Part shown: piece by piece, positions 27,986 through 41,600 of the stretch
Position numbering within the stretch: position 1 is the first letter of the stretch
Layout: every line of letters begins with the position of its first letter
Source: the human T2T-CHM13v2.0 reference genome, Homo sapiens
Strand: one strand, 5' to 3'
NCBI RefSeq assembly: GCF_009914755.1
Contig: NC_060926.1
DNA: 64,000 nt
The notes under the pieces: model-generated
Databases searched by the model: none
What the model saw: only the letters and a program-made list of their open reading frames with translations
Told to the model about the DNA's origin: nothing
Position numbers and translations under genes: made by a program

Positions 27986-28994
27986 TCTAGATCAGTGAGA
28001 CTCAAACCTGCCCTGTGGCATCAGTCGGGAACAGTTTTGCAGAGTAGGCTCCAGTCCAGACCAATACATCACGATCTGTGGGAGTGAGGCCCAGGCGATT
28101 CCCAAGCACTGGAAGGGTTGAAAATTCAGGCATATGGTTTCTGCCTTAAATTCCATCTATGAAAGCCGAAGCGCTGCTCTCTTTACCACCACCACCTCTC
28201 CTTCCCACCCTTGTCTTGTTTGCTGCTGATTTCTCGCCTGACTCAAGAACAAATGTGTTTAAGCCCCAAGCCCCTAAAAATGGGAAGCTGTCTATTTCCC
28301 TTCTGTACCAGCTCCCACATGTGTCTGGACACAGACTCTGCCAGGGAAGTCCCTTCCCATAGGGACCGTGTGCCTCCAGAGTTGTGTGGACAGGACTTGA
28401 AGACATCCAAAGCCCCCACAAGAGATGATGACAATAAAACTCTGTGTTAAAGAGTTTCCAAGATGGAGAACTCCTGCCTGTCAATTATCCTTCTCAGACA
28501 CTGATTTTGTTTGTTTGTTTTCTGGCTAGAGACGATTATTCCACACAGGAATGACAGACAGTCCCTCTGTTCTTTGTCTGCTGGTCCTGGGGGCCTCTTG
28601 CGTCAGTGGGAATGGAAAGTATCAACTTTCTTATTTCTCCATGTTCCCTCTTGCCTTGCATCTTTCTTCCTGCTTTCATTTCTAATTTCTTGGGCCCTTT
28701 GACTTTCTCTTCATCTCCCTCTTCATTCTTCACACAATAATGTTTATTTAATTTTGGATGTTCTCTTCTGGCCAAAAGTTGACTTGGTCCAGACCAAATG
28801 GAAATATATGTGATTAAATCTGTTCTCTGCGGAGAGGGACTAAAACAAAGATCAATGCCAGATATTGTCGTGATGATGAAATGTCAGGGCAGAGGGCACC
28901 AGGAAGGACAGACCAGGCTCATAGAAGCGTGCCATTCTTTCACAGCACATGCAGCACACAATATGCAGAGGCATGACATTCCAACCTTCTCCAA

Positions 28995-29184
28995 CCCACC
29001 GTTTATCAGTGTGTCCCCTGGACTGGTAGTATCAGCATCACCTGAGACTTATTAGAAATACAAATTCTCAGGCTCCATCCCAGACCAACTGAATCAGAAA
29101 CACTGGGGGTGGGGTCCAGAAATCTGTTTTCACAAGCCCCAGAAGACTCTGATGCATGTGGAAGTTTGAGCACCACTGCTCCTA
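28995..29184. mobile_element. MER5A (hAT-Charlie MITE)
   Basis: cagcatcacctgagacttattagaaatacaaattctcaggctccatcccagacc.actgaatcagaa...gtttgagcaccactg. Confidence 0.88.
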
Positions 29185-30187
29185 GTGCGTAGACGTTTTG
29201 CTTGCTATCATTGAAAACTCGCTTGACCTCTTTGGAGAGGGGCATGGCGGCCCCCAGATATCTGAGGAAGGCTGAGCAGGAGGATAAGGTGAGCTGAGGA
29301 AAAGGGAGGGAGCAATGGGGTATTCACGGCAGGGGAGCCTGAGATGGTCCCTTAAGGATTTGCATTGGTTAATGGGCAGACTGGTGCAAAAGAGGCTGAA
29401 TTGAATAATTAGGAAACTGGGAGAATTCAATTCAAAGAAGAATTCTTGTTCGCAAGGTCAATTTTTATACTATTTAAATAAAATAACTCTGGTAGGTTCT
29501 ATAGCAAATGCTAAGTAAAGTAACCACTGGTTTCTAAATTATTACGATAATCTGAGAAAATTATTTCTTTGAAAAAATTATAGAACTTTCAAATATGCAA
29601 AAAACTCTAGAGAGTAATATAACAAATGCACTTAATAGGGACAACCTTTAACATTCAGTAGAGAACATTTTACTCTATTGGCTTCAGATCTTGTTTTGAC
29701 TGCAGCTTGATTCCCACAGTCCTCTCTCATCCCCACCCGTCGTGGGTCCTCAGCCTCATCTCACCACCCTGAGTTGGGTATAGAATTTCCTGTCCAGGTG
29801 TTTAGAATTCTATACATTTATCTAAAAGCAATATAGGGTATCGTGTGTTGGGTTTTATATGCTGATGTAAAAGGAGTTGTTCTGCAATTTGCTTTCTTCT
29901 CTCCATGTTATTGAGATCTATCCTGTTGCTACCTGTGGACGTAGCTCGTTCTCATTGCTGGGTGGTATCTATCTTATGGTCCCTTTCTCATCATCATGAG
30001 CATTTAAGTGAAGATCGTCTTCAGGATTTCCATGTGCTCATGTGAGAGAGTAAGTCCTGAAAGTGGAACATCACCTGTAAATATATTAAAGACAGGGTTT
30101 TCCAATTTAACTGGGAAAGTCTCCAGACTCAGCTGGAGCTACATTATCTGTTTCTCTAAGAAAGAATTTTTCTGTCCATAAACTCAT

Positions 30188-30600
30188 TGTATTAGTCCAT
30201 TCTTGCACTGCTATAAAGAAATACCTGAGACTGGGTCATTTACAAAGAAAAGAGGTTTACTTGGCTCACGGTTCTGCAGGCTGTACAGCGAGCATAGTGG
30301 ATTCTGCTTCTGGGGAGGCCTCAGGAAGCTTCCAATCATGGCAGAAAGCAAGGGGGAACAGGTGTCTTACATAGCAGGAGCAGGAGCAAGAGAGAGTGAG
30401 AGGGGAGATGCTTCACACTTTTAAAGACCAGATCTTGAGAGAACTCAGTACCACGAGAACAACACCAAGAGGGTAGTGCTAAACTATTCATGAGAAATCC
30501 ACCCCCATGATCCAACCACCTCCCACCAGGCCCCACCTCCAACACTAGGGACTACGGTTTGACAAGAGATTTGGTGGGGACGCAAATCCAAACCCTATCA
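30188..30600 (-). mobile_element. MSTA-type MaLR solo LTR
   Basis: tgtattagtccattcttgcactgctataaagaaatacctgagactggg...caaatccaaaccctatca; 5-bp TSD ctcat / ttcat. Confidence 0.92.
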
Positions 30601-30619
30601 TTCATTTTTTTCTTCCTTC

Positions 30620-30740
30620 AATCATTCAACCAACAATTGCTGAGCAACTCCTGTAGGTCAGGCACTGTGCTGGGGGCTGGGAACCAGTGGGAATAAATTC
30701 TATGGGTCTCTGCCCTTGTGGAGATTCCAGAGTAGGGCTG
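30620..30740 (-). mobile_element. L2 3' end
   Basis: cattcaac...ctgagcaactcctgtaggtcaggcactgtgctggggg. Confidence 0.7.
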
Positions 30741-32030
30741 CCCGGATGTTCTTGCATTGTGCACACAGTGCAGAGACAGGAGGCTCCCGGATATTCTGGC
30801 CTAGGCAACTCTAACCCTGAAAAATGAACAAGCCCATCACATTCTATTCATGTGGTTATAGTTTACCTGAAACCTCAACTGCTCCACAGCATCAGATCTC
30901 TCCGCAGCTCCCAAAAGTGTCCCAAGGGTTAGCACTGACCAGTTTGCTGGGTTTGGAGGAACCACAATGCATCGGGTGCAGCTCTCTTCCTGCTAGCTGC
31001 TCCGAAGTGAGCTCCTACTGATTCTATTCAGTTGGACACTCACATTCAGCGAGTCCAGGGGGTTTTTCATGCTTTGAGCATTTTTAAGAGTCTGCTATTT
31101 GCCCAGTTCAGTGAGGGGCACTCAGGATGTATCAGTGGTTCAGGCTGACTTGGTTCCTGCCTAGGGGAAGACCCACAAGACCAGTACCCAATGCAGGGAT
31201 GGCATGGATGGTAGGGGAGGCTTGGAGGCCCTAACCCACTCTTGAAGGGATGACAGAAGCCTCCCAGGCTGGGATTGGAAGGATGAAAGGAGCAGACAGG
31301 CCAAGGTAGAGGGAATTGAGTCCCAGTTTGAGCGAAGGGCTGGAGCAAGAGAGAGCCTGGTCTCTGCAAAGATCTGAAAGAACCTCAGAGCAGGGGCCAA
31401 AGGGTAAGGGTGTCAGGGCAGAGGCTGTGCCAAAAGAGGTGAGCCTCATCCTAAACTCTGTTCTTGATTTGGGGTGGAAGTGTCCCTGGAAAGGCAGATC
31501 AACAAAGGAAGGAGCATGAGCCAATTCTTACCACACCTCTTGTGCTTCAAGTCCTCTCTTGGGTTGGGTGATGTCATACAGGGACCCACACTTGATTGGA
31601 CTGCCCTCCCCACCTTTTAAACCTCTTCTGTCACTGAGGGGGTACACCACTGGAGCCTGGCAAAGGTAGCCAGTACTCAGGGGGTGTGCACAAACCTCAC
31701 ACCCATGTTTATAAGGCCATTACAAATGCTGGCCCAGTTGGTGACCAGACACCAATCCTTGTCCTTCCACGTAGCCAACAGTGGGCTAGTTGGCAGGTGC
31801 ATGGCAGGCGCTCAGGGCTATAGACAATGCAGGCTTTAATCCCATGAGTGGAGTCGGTGCCAAGTCTAGAATTCAAGGATGACTCTTCACCCAACTGACC
31901 CTCTTACCCAACAAACCAGTGAGAACAGCTTGAGGTCTGGAGGACCCGTGCTTGATATCTGTCCACTCTTGTATTTGAGTAAGGTAGTGGAGGTCACAGG
32001 CTCACATCATAAACTTTGTACTTTATTTGA

Positions 32031-32483
<453 letters not shown>

Positions 32484-35168
32484 TAAGATGAAGCTTCGAT
32501 TGTAACTCTATGAAGCCCTGCTGAATATTAAAAGCTTATAGAAAGCAGCTTTTCTCCCCCAGGCAAAAAGAGCCCTTCGATCTGTGGTGGGACTTTGCAA
32601 AAAGCTGAGCTGCCACTCAAAGAAATAATTCCCCACTAACTGCAAGTTTCTGTCTTGTTTATGGAGGGCCTGTTGAGAAGGCCCTCCAAACCTTTGGTTC
32701 CAGGGTCTGGCAAGGGGAATCTGTCATCATTCATTGCAAACTACACCTCCACCCACTGGGCTGAAGACCTGTGCAAGGATAGACCAAGAACTTCCTCTGG
32801 GGTGGCTGTGCTCATGGATGCTGATTTGACAATTTCCAACCTCCCTCATTACCAAGATCCCCTTCCTTCACCTGTGAAATCAAAATTCCATCTTCTTCTC
32901 TTCCCTCCTTTGTGACAGAGTGGGGAAAGATGGGGACTGAGGGAAAGGAGAGTAGAAACTCAGTCCCTTGAGAGATGGGAGCTGATGGGAAGGAGGTAGA
33001 AACTTGGTCCTTTAGCCAGGAGGCTCTGCAGGCATTCAGGCCTGATCTACCATGTAAGGTGATTTCTTTCTTTTTGGAAAGCTCCCATTTCATGGGGTGG
33101 ACAGGTCCAAGGACTGCTCTGGACCACTTGGTGATCCCATGGGCCGAAGTAGGGGTAGAGGACCCCAAATTGAATGTGTGGAGGGGACTCTGAAGCAGGT
33201 GTGAATGCCAGGAGAGGTGGGAGGAAGGACAAGGGCGGTGCATCAAGACCACAGAAGCCGGCCCGGCCAGCCTTCCCACAAAGTTACTTGAACTGAGCTC
33301 TCCATAAGTACACATGCACACACACCCAAGAATAAACTGGACAAATGGCAGCAGAAAGAGAAAGAACAGAAAAGAGAGCTGATGAATACATCCATAATCA
33401 GCACTAACACAGCCCTGGAAAGAAAAGCAAAAAGAAAAGGCAAGTGCTGTGGTGTGCAGCTCTTATTGTCTAATAAAAGAAAATATACCAATTCTTTGGG
33501 GAATTTAATTTTTTCTGGAAATAAATTCTTGGAAGAATTTATGTGACAGAACACCCCAGGGGAACATCCTTGCGTTGGGAAGGAGGCCACCTCGTCTGGC
33601 GGCCTCGGGCATTCCAGTGATGCAGGGGAGGGGCCCAGGCAGCTGTGCTGGTCCAAGGGGCTCCAGGTAGAATGAGCTGTATCCTTGGCCAGAGGATGTT
33701 GCGCATCCTCTGGGGGGATATGACGGGAGAATGATGGGGGGAGTTGGGGAGATGTCCCCAGGTATTACAAGTGGAGGCTGGGGACTACCACTGTCAGTTC
33801 ATTGTCAACTATGTCCGCCTCATAGACAGGGCACAAGCCTATCCTTAGGGACACACGTGAAGAGGGGAGGCAGGAAGATTCAGGCGCGCTCTCCGGCCTA
33901 GACTGGCTGAAGGAGGGAGATTTTAATGCTTGGCATAGGTGGTGAGGGGTCCACCAAAGGTAGGAACACATCCCTGGGGCTCTGGGAGGAAGAAGCGTCA
34001 GGACTGCAGCTCCAGCCTCTTCAGGCCCAGGGTCGTAGGGCGGAACAAGGCTGGAAAACTGGTGCATGGAGGAAAGAAAAAAAATGGGAAGGGAGAATGG
34101 ACAGGTAGGAAGGAAGGAAAGGAGGAAAGGGAAATGGAGGAAGAAAGACATGGAAAGCTGGGAGGACAGAGGGCAAGGCAGAAGGTAAAGGAGGCAAGGC
34201 CAAGGCTGTGAGGAGGAATTCCGCTTTTATTCTACTGTCTGGCTTCATGCCATTGCATGGGGCCCTGTAAAATAAAAAATGATACCTCCCAGGGCTATTG
34301 GTTTTTATCTTAGAGGACCCTGTGGGGAGATGTGGAAAGCTGTTCAAGTGGCAAGCCTTGGGAGCTGAGTTTCATGACGATGGCCGTCTAGGGCTGTTCA
34401 AAGTTAAGATGACAGATTGGCAGAGTGCAGGGAGGTGAGAGAGTATTGGGGAAGTTTTCCATACAGGGGACCATGTAGTGTTTTGCTGGGAAGATAGACC
34501 TGGGTGGAGGTGAGACTGGTGGGTGCCACAGATGATTCTAACTCCTGCTCCTTCTCTTGTCCTTCCAACAAACCAACCACACATGTAACATAGTCATAAG
34601 AGCTTGCAGGGAGGAGAAAAGAGAGATATCAACAGACCAAGGGAGACAGAGGGTGGAGGGCCATGCTGTGGACAGTGAGGGGAGGAGGTCCTTCCTCTCC
34701 GCCACTGCCCTCAAGGCTGCTTGAGGCTCCCACGCTGAGGTGCCCACCTGGCTGAGAGGCTGCTGCTTATCTGTTCCCCAACTTCTCCACCTGCTGGTGC
34801 AGCTCTCCCTTGCTGTGCTAGGAGAGAACCCACTGGGAGGGTCTTGGCATCTCCAAGTGGGGCCCTCCTGCTGAGACACTGGGTGGCTGTGGAGGGAGCT
34901 CAGCCCTCATTCCTCCCCGAGCTCATATCTACAGAGCAGCAAGTCTCCCCACTCCACCAGAGGAGAGCACAGGAGAGCTAGGCAGCTGCCTCCACCAAGA
35001 CTTCACCCAACCACGGTCCTTCACTCCCACCAGGACAGGACAACCCAGCCTCCCGGGTCCCAGGAGGACTTGGCATGGCTGAGGACACCCAAGAGGAACC
35101 ACCAGCCTATCCCTGAAAAAGCAAAGACACTTTGGGGAACAGAAGAGCGTCTTAAAAGATATCAACTT

Positions 35169-35806
35169 TGACTCAGAGATTTCAAGAAGACGCTCTATCC
35201 AAAAACCAAAGAAGAAGTGTCAAAGCTGTTGTAAATGTTTAAAAGAATAGCCACCTTGATTGCATTTTGAGTGAATTGTGAATTCCCTCTCCCTGGGTCT
35301 TCCTCATTCTTCTACATCCTCCCCATTTCTGTACTGAATTTATAGCAGACTGAATTTGGAAGTTGATTTGAATGTTTAAATATATGAGACACTCTTTGTT
35401 ACTTTGGAATGAGTAAGGCATTAATTCTTTTACGTTTTGATTTTTAAAGGTTTTATAGAAAATTGCATGTTTCATCAGGAAAAAAGTTATCTATTTCTAC
35501 TCAAAATAACATCTTATGGAAACTTTCAGAGTTTCACCAGACAAAATGCCCCAGGCTTTGGCTTTGCAGTTGGTGTCTACAGCTGAGCCTAGTCCTTGAA
35601 GTAATCATGACTCAGCTTATTCAAAATAAACTCTTCAAGAATTGCAAACTCTCCTCTCAGCGCATGCCCTGTGACCTCCATGTCCCTCCATTACATCTCC
35701 TCAGAGTAAGGCCCAATGCCACTGACTCATGGGGGAACCACAGGCAGCAAATGGCCAGAGCTCACACAGAGGGATGAGTGCACTTCACCTGCAGTGTGAC
35801 TCAGCA
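35169..35806. promoter_or_regulatory. Putative AP-1/NFE2L2/RUNX enhancer motif cluster
   Basis: TGACTCA at 35169, 35608, 35723 and 35797 (the last is TGACTCAGCA); AACCACA at 35736. Confidence 0.5.
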
Positions 35807-35821
35807 GGCCAACAGATGCTA
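35742..35821 (+). ncRNA. MIR4435-1: miR-4435 precursor hairpin (mature 35751-35772 AUGGCCAGAGCUCACACAGAGG); MIR4435-1, or MIR4435-2 if the window is reverse-complemented
   Basis: Matches the annotated miR-4435 stem-loop as I recall it; visible pairings uggcc/ggcca, cacac/gugug and agg/ccu. Confidence 0.9.
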
Positions 35822-36434
35822 TCAGGGAAGAGCACTAAAAACCAAAGGGTGGCTGGCTGCGTCTCAGCATCTGTCCGCGAGAAACACGATGCCATGGTTA
35901 TTTTGTGATTTTGGTGGTAGGCTGCTGGTCAGGTGTCTCCAAGCAAGTTGGTCAAAATGGGAACAGTTGTTTCTCTGGGCGGGCAGGGGTCAAGGCTGGT
36001 CTGGAAAAGGCCGAGGCAGCTGCACCCTCTTGAGCCACTGGCCAGCACCTGTGCCCTGTCTGGGGCTTTCCTCTGCCCACAGGAGACCCTTCTCCATGCA
36101 GGTGCTGCGTGGCACCAGGCATGAGTCTGAAGTTCCTTCTGCCACAAGCACCCTCGTTATTTGTGATTGTGCAAAAAAGGAAGTCTCTGCCAAGAAACTA
36201 ACTGAATGTTAGTGCCTGTTCTCAGGACTTTCCATAACCCTGCTCTACTAGGATTCCTTTCACCCACTTTGAAAGCAGCCAAAGGGTTAAGTCATCCCAG
36301 GTGCATCTCAAAGCAGGGCTGCGAGCAGCAGGAGTTTGAGCTTTGTTGCAGTTAGAAGTTGAGTGTGAGAAAGGACATTCAGGCACAGCTTATCTTTGAA
36401 TACACACGCAGGAGTATCAGGAGCAGTTAGAGAT

Positions 36435-37215
36435 AAACAGCTGGCTAATAAACACATGAAAAGATGCTCAGCATCATTGGTCATTAGGGACAGGCAAATC
36501 AAAACCACAATGAGACTCTACTTGACTCCCATTAGGATGGCGACAATACAAACAAACAAACAAAAAAGAAGGTAATCAGTGTGGATGAGGATGTGGAAAA
36601 GTTGGAAACTTCAGACATTGCCGTTGAGAATGGAAAATCATACAGCTGTTTTGGAAAACAGTTTAATGTTTCCTTAAAAAGTTGAATAGAGAATTAGCAT
36701 ATGACCCAGCAATTCCATTTTTATGTTTGTACCCCAAAGAATTGAAAGCAAGGACTCCAATAGAGACTAGTATACCAGTATTTATTGCAGCATTATTCAC
36801 AATAGCTTAAAAAAAGTGTAAACAACCCAAGTTTCTGTTGGCAGATAAACAAAATGTGGTATGTACACACAATGGAATACTATTCAGCCATAAAAAGGAA
36901 TCAAGTTCTTATATATGCTACAACGTGGATGAACCTTGAAAACATGCTAAGTGAAATAAGCCAGGTACAAAAGGACGAATATTGTATAAAAACACGTATA
37001 TAAGGTACCTAGATTAGTCAAACTGATTGAGACAGAAACTAGAATCGAGGTTGCCAGGGGCTGGGGAGAGGGGAGAATGGGGAGTTATTGGTTAACAGGT
37101 ACGGAGTTTCAGTTTGAGGTGATGAAAAACGTTTTGGAAATAGTGGTGCTGGTTGTACAACATTGTGAATGTACTTAATGCCACTGCATTGTATACTTAA
37201 AATAACTGGGTTAGG
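36435..37215 (+). mobile_element. L1MB-type 3' fragment
   Basis: cacatgaaaagatgctcagcatcatt...caaatcaaaaccacaatgaga...tatgacccagcaattcca...ggttgtacaacattgtgaatgtacttaatgccact. Confidence 0.92.
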
Positions 37216-37750
37216 GGCATTTATGGATTTTCCTCTCATTGTAGGTCACTAAGAACATGGTGGGAGGAGGAGCCACTGCCTTTATAGGCCCCGACTGCCC
37301 CAGAGCTTCATTCCTCACCAGGATGAATGACAGGATTCTGGACTAGAGGGCTCTTGCCTGAGCCACCAGGGCATCCAGGGGATCCCTGTGAGCAGGGTGA
37401 GGGTGAGCACCCAGGTTCCACAGGGCTCTGTCCTGGGCAGGCCAGCAGATGCAGTGATTGCAAATCCTCCTTGTACAAATGGAACAGGCACGTGCATTTG
37501 TGGCACACTCAGAGCTGCTGGCCACTAGTGTGCTTTGGAGAATCAGTTGTCTCCCAGGCAGGGAAGGTCCCTCAGACATAAAATACTCACCCATTTAGAG
37601 GAATGACAACAGCAAACGAAACTATATTCTGCTAATTTACTGGTAAGAGAGGAAAAACTCTGTCATGCATACACAGACAGAGGCTCTGCCAAAAGAGAGA
37701 GGCAGCAGATACAGATATTAGCAAATGACTCCTCTCCAGAAGAAACACAC

Positions 37751-38085
37751 CAGCCAGGAACGGCACTCACACCTGTAATCCCAGCACTTTCGGAGGCCAG
37801 GCGGTAGGATGGCTTCAGACCAGGAGTTTGAGACTAGCCTGGGCAACATGGCAGACTCCGTCTCTACAAAAAATGAAAAAAACAAACAAACAAACAAAAG
37901 ATCAGTGTGGTGACACACACCTGTAGTCCCAGATATTCCAGAGGCTAGGCAGGAGGATCTCTTGAGCCCAGGAGATGGAGGCTGCAGTGAGCTATGATCC
38001 TACCACTACACTCCAGCCGGGGCAACAAAGCAAGACCCCATCTCTTTTTTAAAAAAAGAAAGAGAAAACGAAAAGAAAAAAAAAA
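37751..38085 (+). mobile_element. AluJ-type element
   Basis: Two arms, gaggctgcagtgagctatgat, (CAAA)n middle linker, A-tail; TSD aaacacac. Confidence 0.9.
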
Positions 38086-38214
38086 CACACGATTTCACCT
38101 GCTTGAAGGCCTGTGCTTCTCTTTGTTGTCCCCATGACACTATACCCAGGCCACTGTCAGGGACCCTGGGGGGCTTACAGTGGCTTACTGAAGGCTAGAC
38201 AGTATCCCCTTGCA

Positions 38215-38650
38215 GTATCAGTTAGGATTCTATCATCATGAGAAAGAGGCTCCAGCTCGCTCAACGGAGCAAACTGGAAGGTAATGAGGGGCTCAGGGAA
38301 TTTGTCCTGGGAAGGCAGGAAGCACAACCCTGTCTTATGGCAGAGGCCATCAGTCCAGGGTCCCAGCTGGACCTGCTGATCCTCTGTCCCTGTCTCACTC
38401 ATTGCAGATGCCACCTCTTCGGTGAGGGCCTGTGAGCTAGGGTTAGGTCACCTACCCTACCCTGTGTGACCACAGGCAGGGAGAGACAGGATTTCACTTC
38501 CTAGACTTCCACGGTGGAGGCCAGGCACCTAAGATTATTCTCCCACCCACACCAAACACAGTGGGGGAAAACTCATCCCCAAAAGGAAACTGGGGCCAAT
38601 AGGCAGGGGTGGATGTGGGGCAGCCCAAAAACCAACACACAGCCACCGAC
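38215..38650. mobile_element. Degraded MLT1-type LTR
   Basis: aaaggaaactgggg...ggatgtggggcagcccaaaaac resembles an MLT1K/L terminus. Confidence 0.4.
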
Positions 38651-41600
38651 CCCATCAGCCATGATTTATATCCATGCCTTTCCTGGACAAAAAACCAAAT
38701 CCCACTGCCCTGGGCATCAGCGGGCAGGGCCCACACAGGCTTCATAGATGTCTCCTCTCCGGGAAGTGGAGGGTGTGTTTGTGCATTCGGAGTAGCTGGT
38801 GCCTGGTAGAAAATCAGTGCGGTTTTGGCTTTGGCAGAGCAGCCCAGGCTCCCTTTGCATTCCCACAAATCGAGGCAGCTCTGCTGTGCTACTATCACAG
38901 TTTTGGCGGCTTTGACCGCAGGTCCTCCTGAGGCCGGGAGACTGCTGGGGCGTGGTATATCAGTTGTTGGGGGCCGTGCTTCCCCAGGGCAGATGCATGC
39001 AGGGGCTCTGGGGCAGAGTGACCGTGGAAGTTCGATGATGTCACCCCTTCTCATGCAGCTGATCGTTGGGTCAGGAAACGACTCTCCTGGCATGAACCTG
39101 TTCCTGGTCTCAGCAACCCGCACATTGTGCTGGTGCCAGGTCAAAGGCAGGGCAGGAAGCCAAGGGATGGGGCAGGCCCAGGGGGCAGAGAAGGGCAGGT
39201 GGGTGGGATGTCGGGGGCAGGTGAGGGTAGAGCATGTGTATTTACCCAGGCAAGGGTCCGGCCAGGCTCGCAATCAGAAGAGAGAGAGAAGACCCTGACT
39301 CCAAGCCAAACCCTTCACCGAGGGAAATGCACCAACACTCAGAGGGTTCTTGTTTAGTAGGTGAGCAAGCAGCCAAGCATTGGCCTTCCCCAGGGCAGGG
39401 GCATAAGGCCGGTGAGCAGCTGAGCCAGGATTTGAACAGCAGTCACCCTTGGTGAGGCAGAAGCAGATGAGGATATGAATGGGGATGGCTAAGGAAAGGT
39501 GGGCTTGCTTGCACTGGGGAGAGGCCTTACTGGGGATTCAGAATTGAGGGCTGGGGTTTGCTTCCCCGGAGGGTAATGGTTTCAGCTGCCTGAGTTTTTA
39601 TCTCACCCCTTCTTACCTCCTCCTGCAATGACTGACCAACTTCCACTTCAAAGAGATCTTTGATTATGACTCCATGACATCAGTAAGCTTTCAAGTCAGT
39701 GAATTTACCTTCTAATGGTGATTGGAACTCAAAGCCAGTTCACAGCTTGACCTGCATACATCAAGCAGCTGGGTGACTGTCAGATGTGTCATCTCATGTG
39801 GGAGGAGAATTTGTTAAAGTAGGGAGAGAGGACCTCAGGAAGAGGCCTCTTGAAAGTCTGTGGGTGCCTGAGGCTGGAGGCCACACCTGGCCTCTGGCCT
39901 TCAGGACAATCCTCAAAAAGGGATTAGGATTAGCCCACCTGGTTCTCAGTTGGCTGATTGGTTAAAAACGTGAACACCAAATATTAATTTGCTTTTGTTT
40001 TTATCAAGCGATTCTATTTGGGGTGGGATGGGGGAGAACGAGAAACATTTTAAAAGTTAGAGTAAAAACCCAGCGCTACATTGCCAATTTCAAGATGAAG
40101 TAATAAAGAACTACCTGGGAGGGAGAATCATTTCTAATGAAGTTAACTTTGCAAACTGAGCATTATGCATTTTTCACTCTTGGTGGTTAATATTGGGAAA
40201 GTGTCTGGTGGTCCTTGGGGTTTAGGGTGCTGTCTAAAACCTAGAGCTGCCTGGTTGTGGCCAGTTTTTGTTTTTAACCACGAATTAAGCTTGGATCATT
40301 CAGAACAGACTGACTTACTCATCAGGGATGCAAACTCCACACGCCCAAAGCAGTCTCGAGTCTTCAGTCCTGGGTCTCGGCTTCTTTCTGTGTTTCGCAG
40401 GCACTCACACCCCCGTGGGCTTGGTTCTCCAAACAAGCCCTTATGGAAACCAGGCCAGATGTAGGGATTAAAGTTCCCGAATTTCAGCAAAGTTAAATAA
40501 TAATAGTAGACACAAAACAACCAACCAACACCAAAAGACATAGGTGCAAACTATGCTAATCCCAGCAGTGGAGAGGAACAGGCCTTTGATGATGATGGCC
40601 CTGATGGATGGAGGACGATGGAATGCTCTAAACACGAGGCCTCAGGGGACAGCCCCGGTCCTCCTTGTCAGAGCCTGCTCTAGTTTGGGATCCAGCAGGA
40701 ACCTCAGGAGCCTCCTTCACTTTGGTGGAGAGGACTGAGACTCAGAGCCCCCAAGCGCACCTTGGGACGGTCCCCACGCTTCCCTAGGGTGGGTCTGGGG
40801 CAGGCCTGGGGCATTTCTATACTGCTGTTTGGGAGAGCGCCCCAGACCTAGTGTCCTGGCTGGGGCAGATGAAGCCAGGGCGCTCTGGCTGGTAGAGGCA
40901 GGAGGGGAGGCCAGCCAGGCCCCGCTTGACCCCGCATTGACAGGAAGGAGAACGGACACTTTCTTTCAAGGTGCTCAAATGTCCCACATCACTTCTGTGA
41001 AAACCCAAACACAGAAGCCACCCCTCTCAGCTGCTACAGGCCAGAAATGAAAATTACTGCAATCCCCAGGAGCCTGGGAAGACCTCTGCTGACATTCCCT
41101 ATGACCACTGTGACGGTGCCCCCTTCGGCTGCCTCCCCCCTCCGTATGGAGAGCGTTCCAGCCCCAGGCTCCCAGCGCCTGCTCCCAGTGCCTGCTCCCC
41201 GGCCTCCATCACTCCACGCCCCAGGGACCTAAAGTAGAAAGCTTAGTTTTCTCCTTGTTTGAGTGCAGTTGGGATAATTTTTAATACATTCCTTTTTGCT
41301 CTTCATCAACTTCAAATGTCTCAAGATGTCCTGAGGGCAAAAGAGCTGATTTAGCTCTCAGATTAAAAGAGAGTGGCCTAACGCCTCACTCATTTTGAAA
41401 TACTGACATTAACGGGGAAAATTACTCAAGCTCTCCTGTTACTTCCTGTGCTTAATTAAGTGGCTCTGCAGGTGACTCACTCCCTTATTTTTCAGAATGA
41501 CATCAGACTTATTTTCCATTTTAATAGCCTGGTTACTTCATTGATTTTTTAAAAAATCCAATTTCACTTTCTAGTGCAATTTCTTTATCTGATTTTTTTT

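Noticed and set aside
29398-29433. 9-bp inverted repeat gaattgaat...attcaattc
   Set aside because: Short and AT-rich; expected by chance in 64 kb.
38494-39273. Longest ORF (259 aa, minus strand)
   Set aside because: No recognisable domain, Pro/Cys/Trp-rich composition typical of GC-rich non-coding DNA, overlaps an LTR remnant, and has overlapping ORFs on the other strand.
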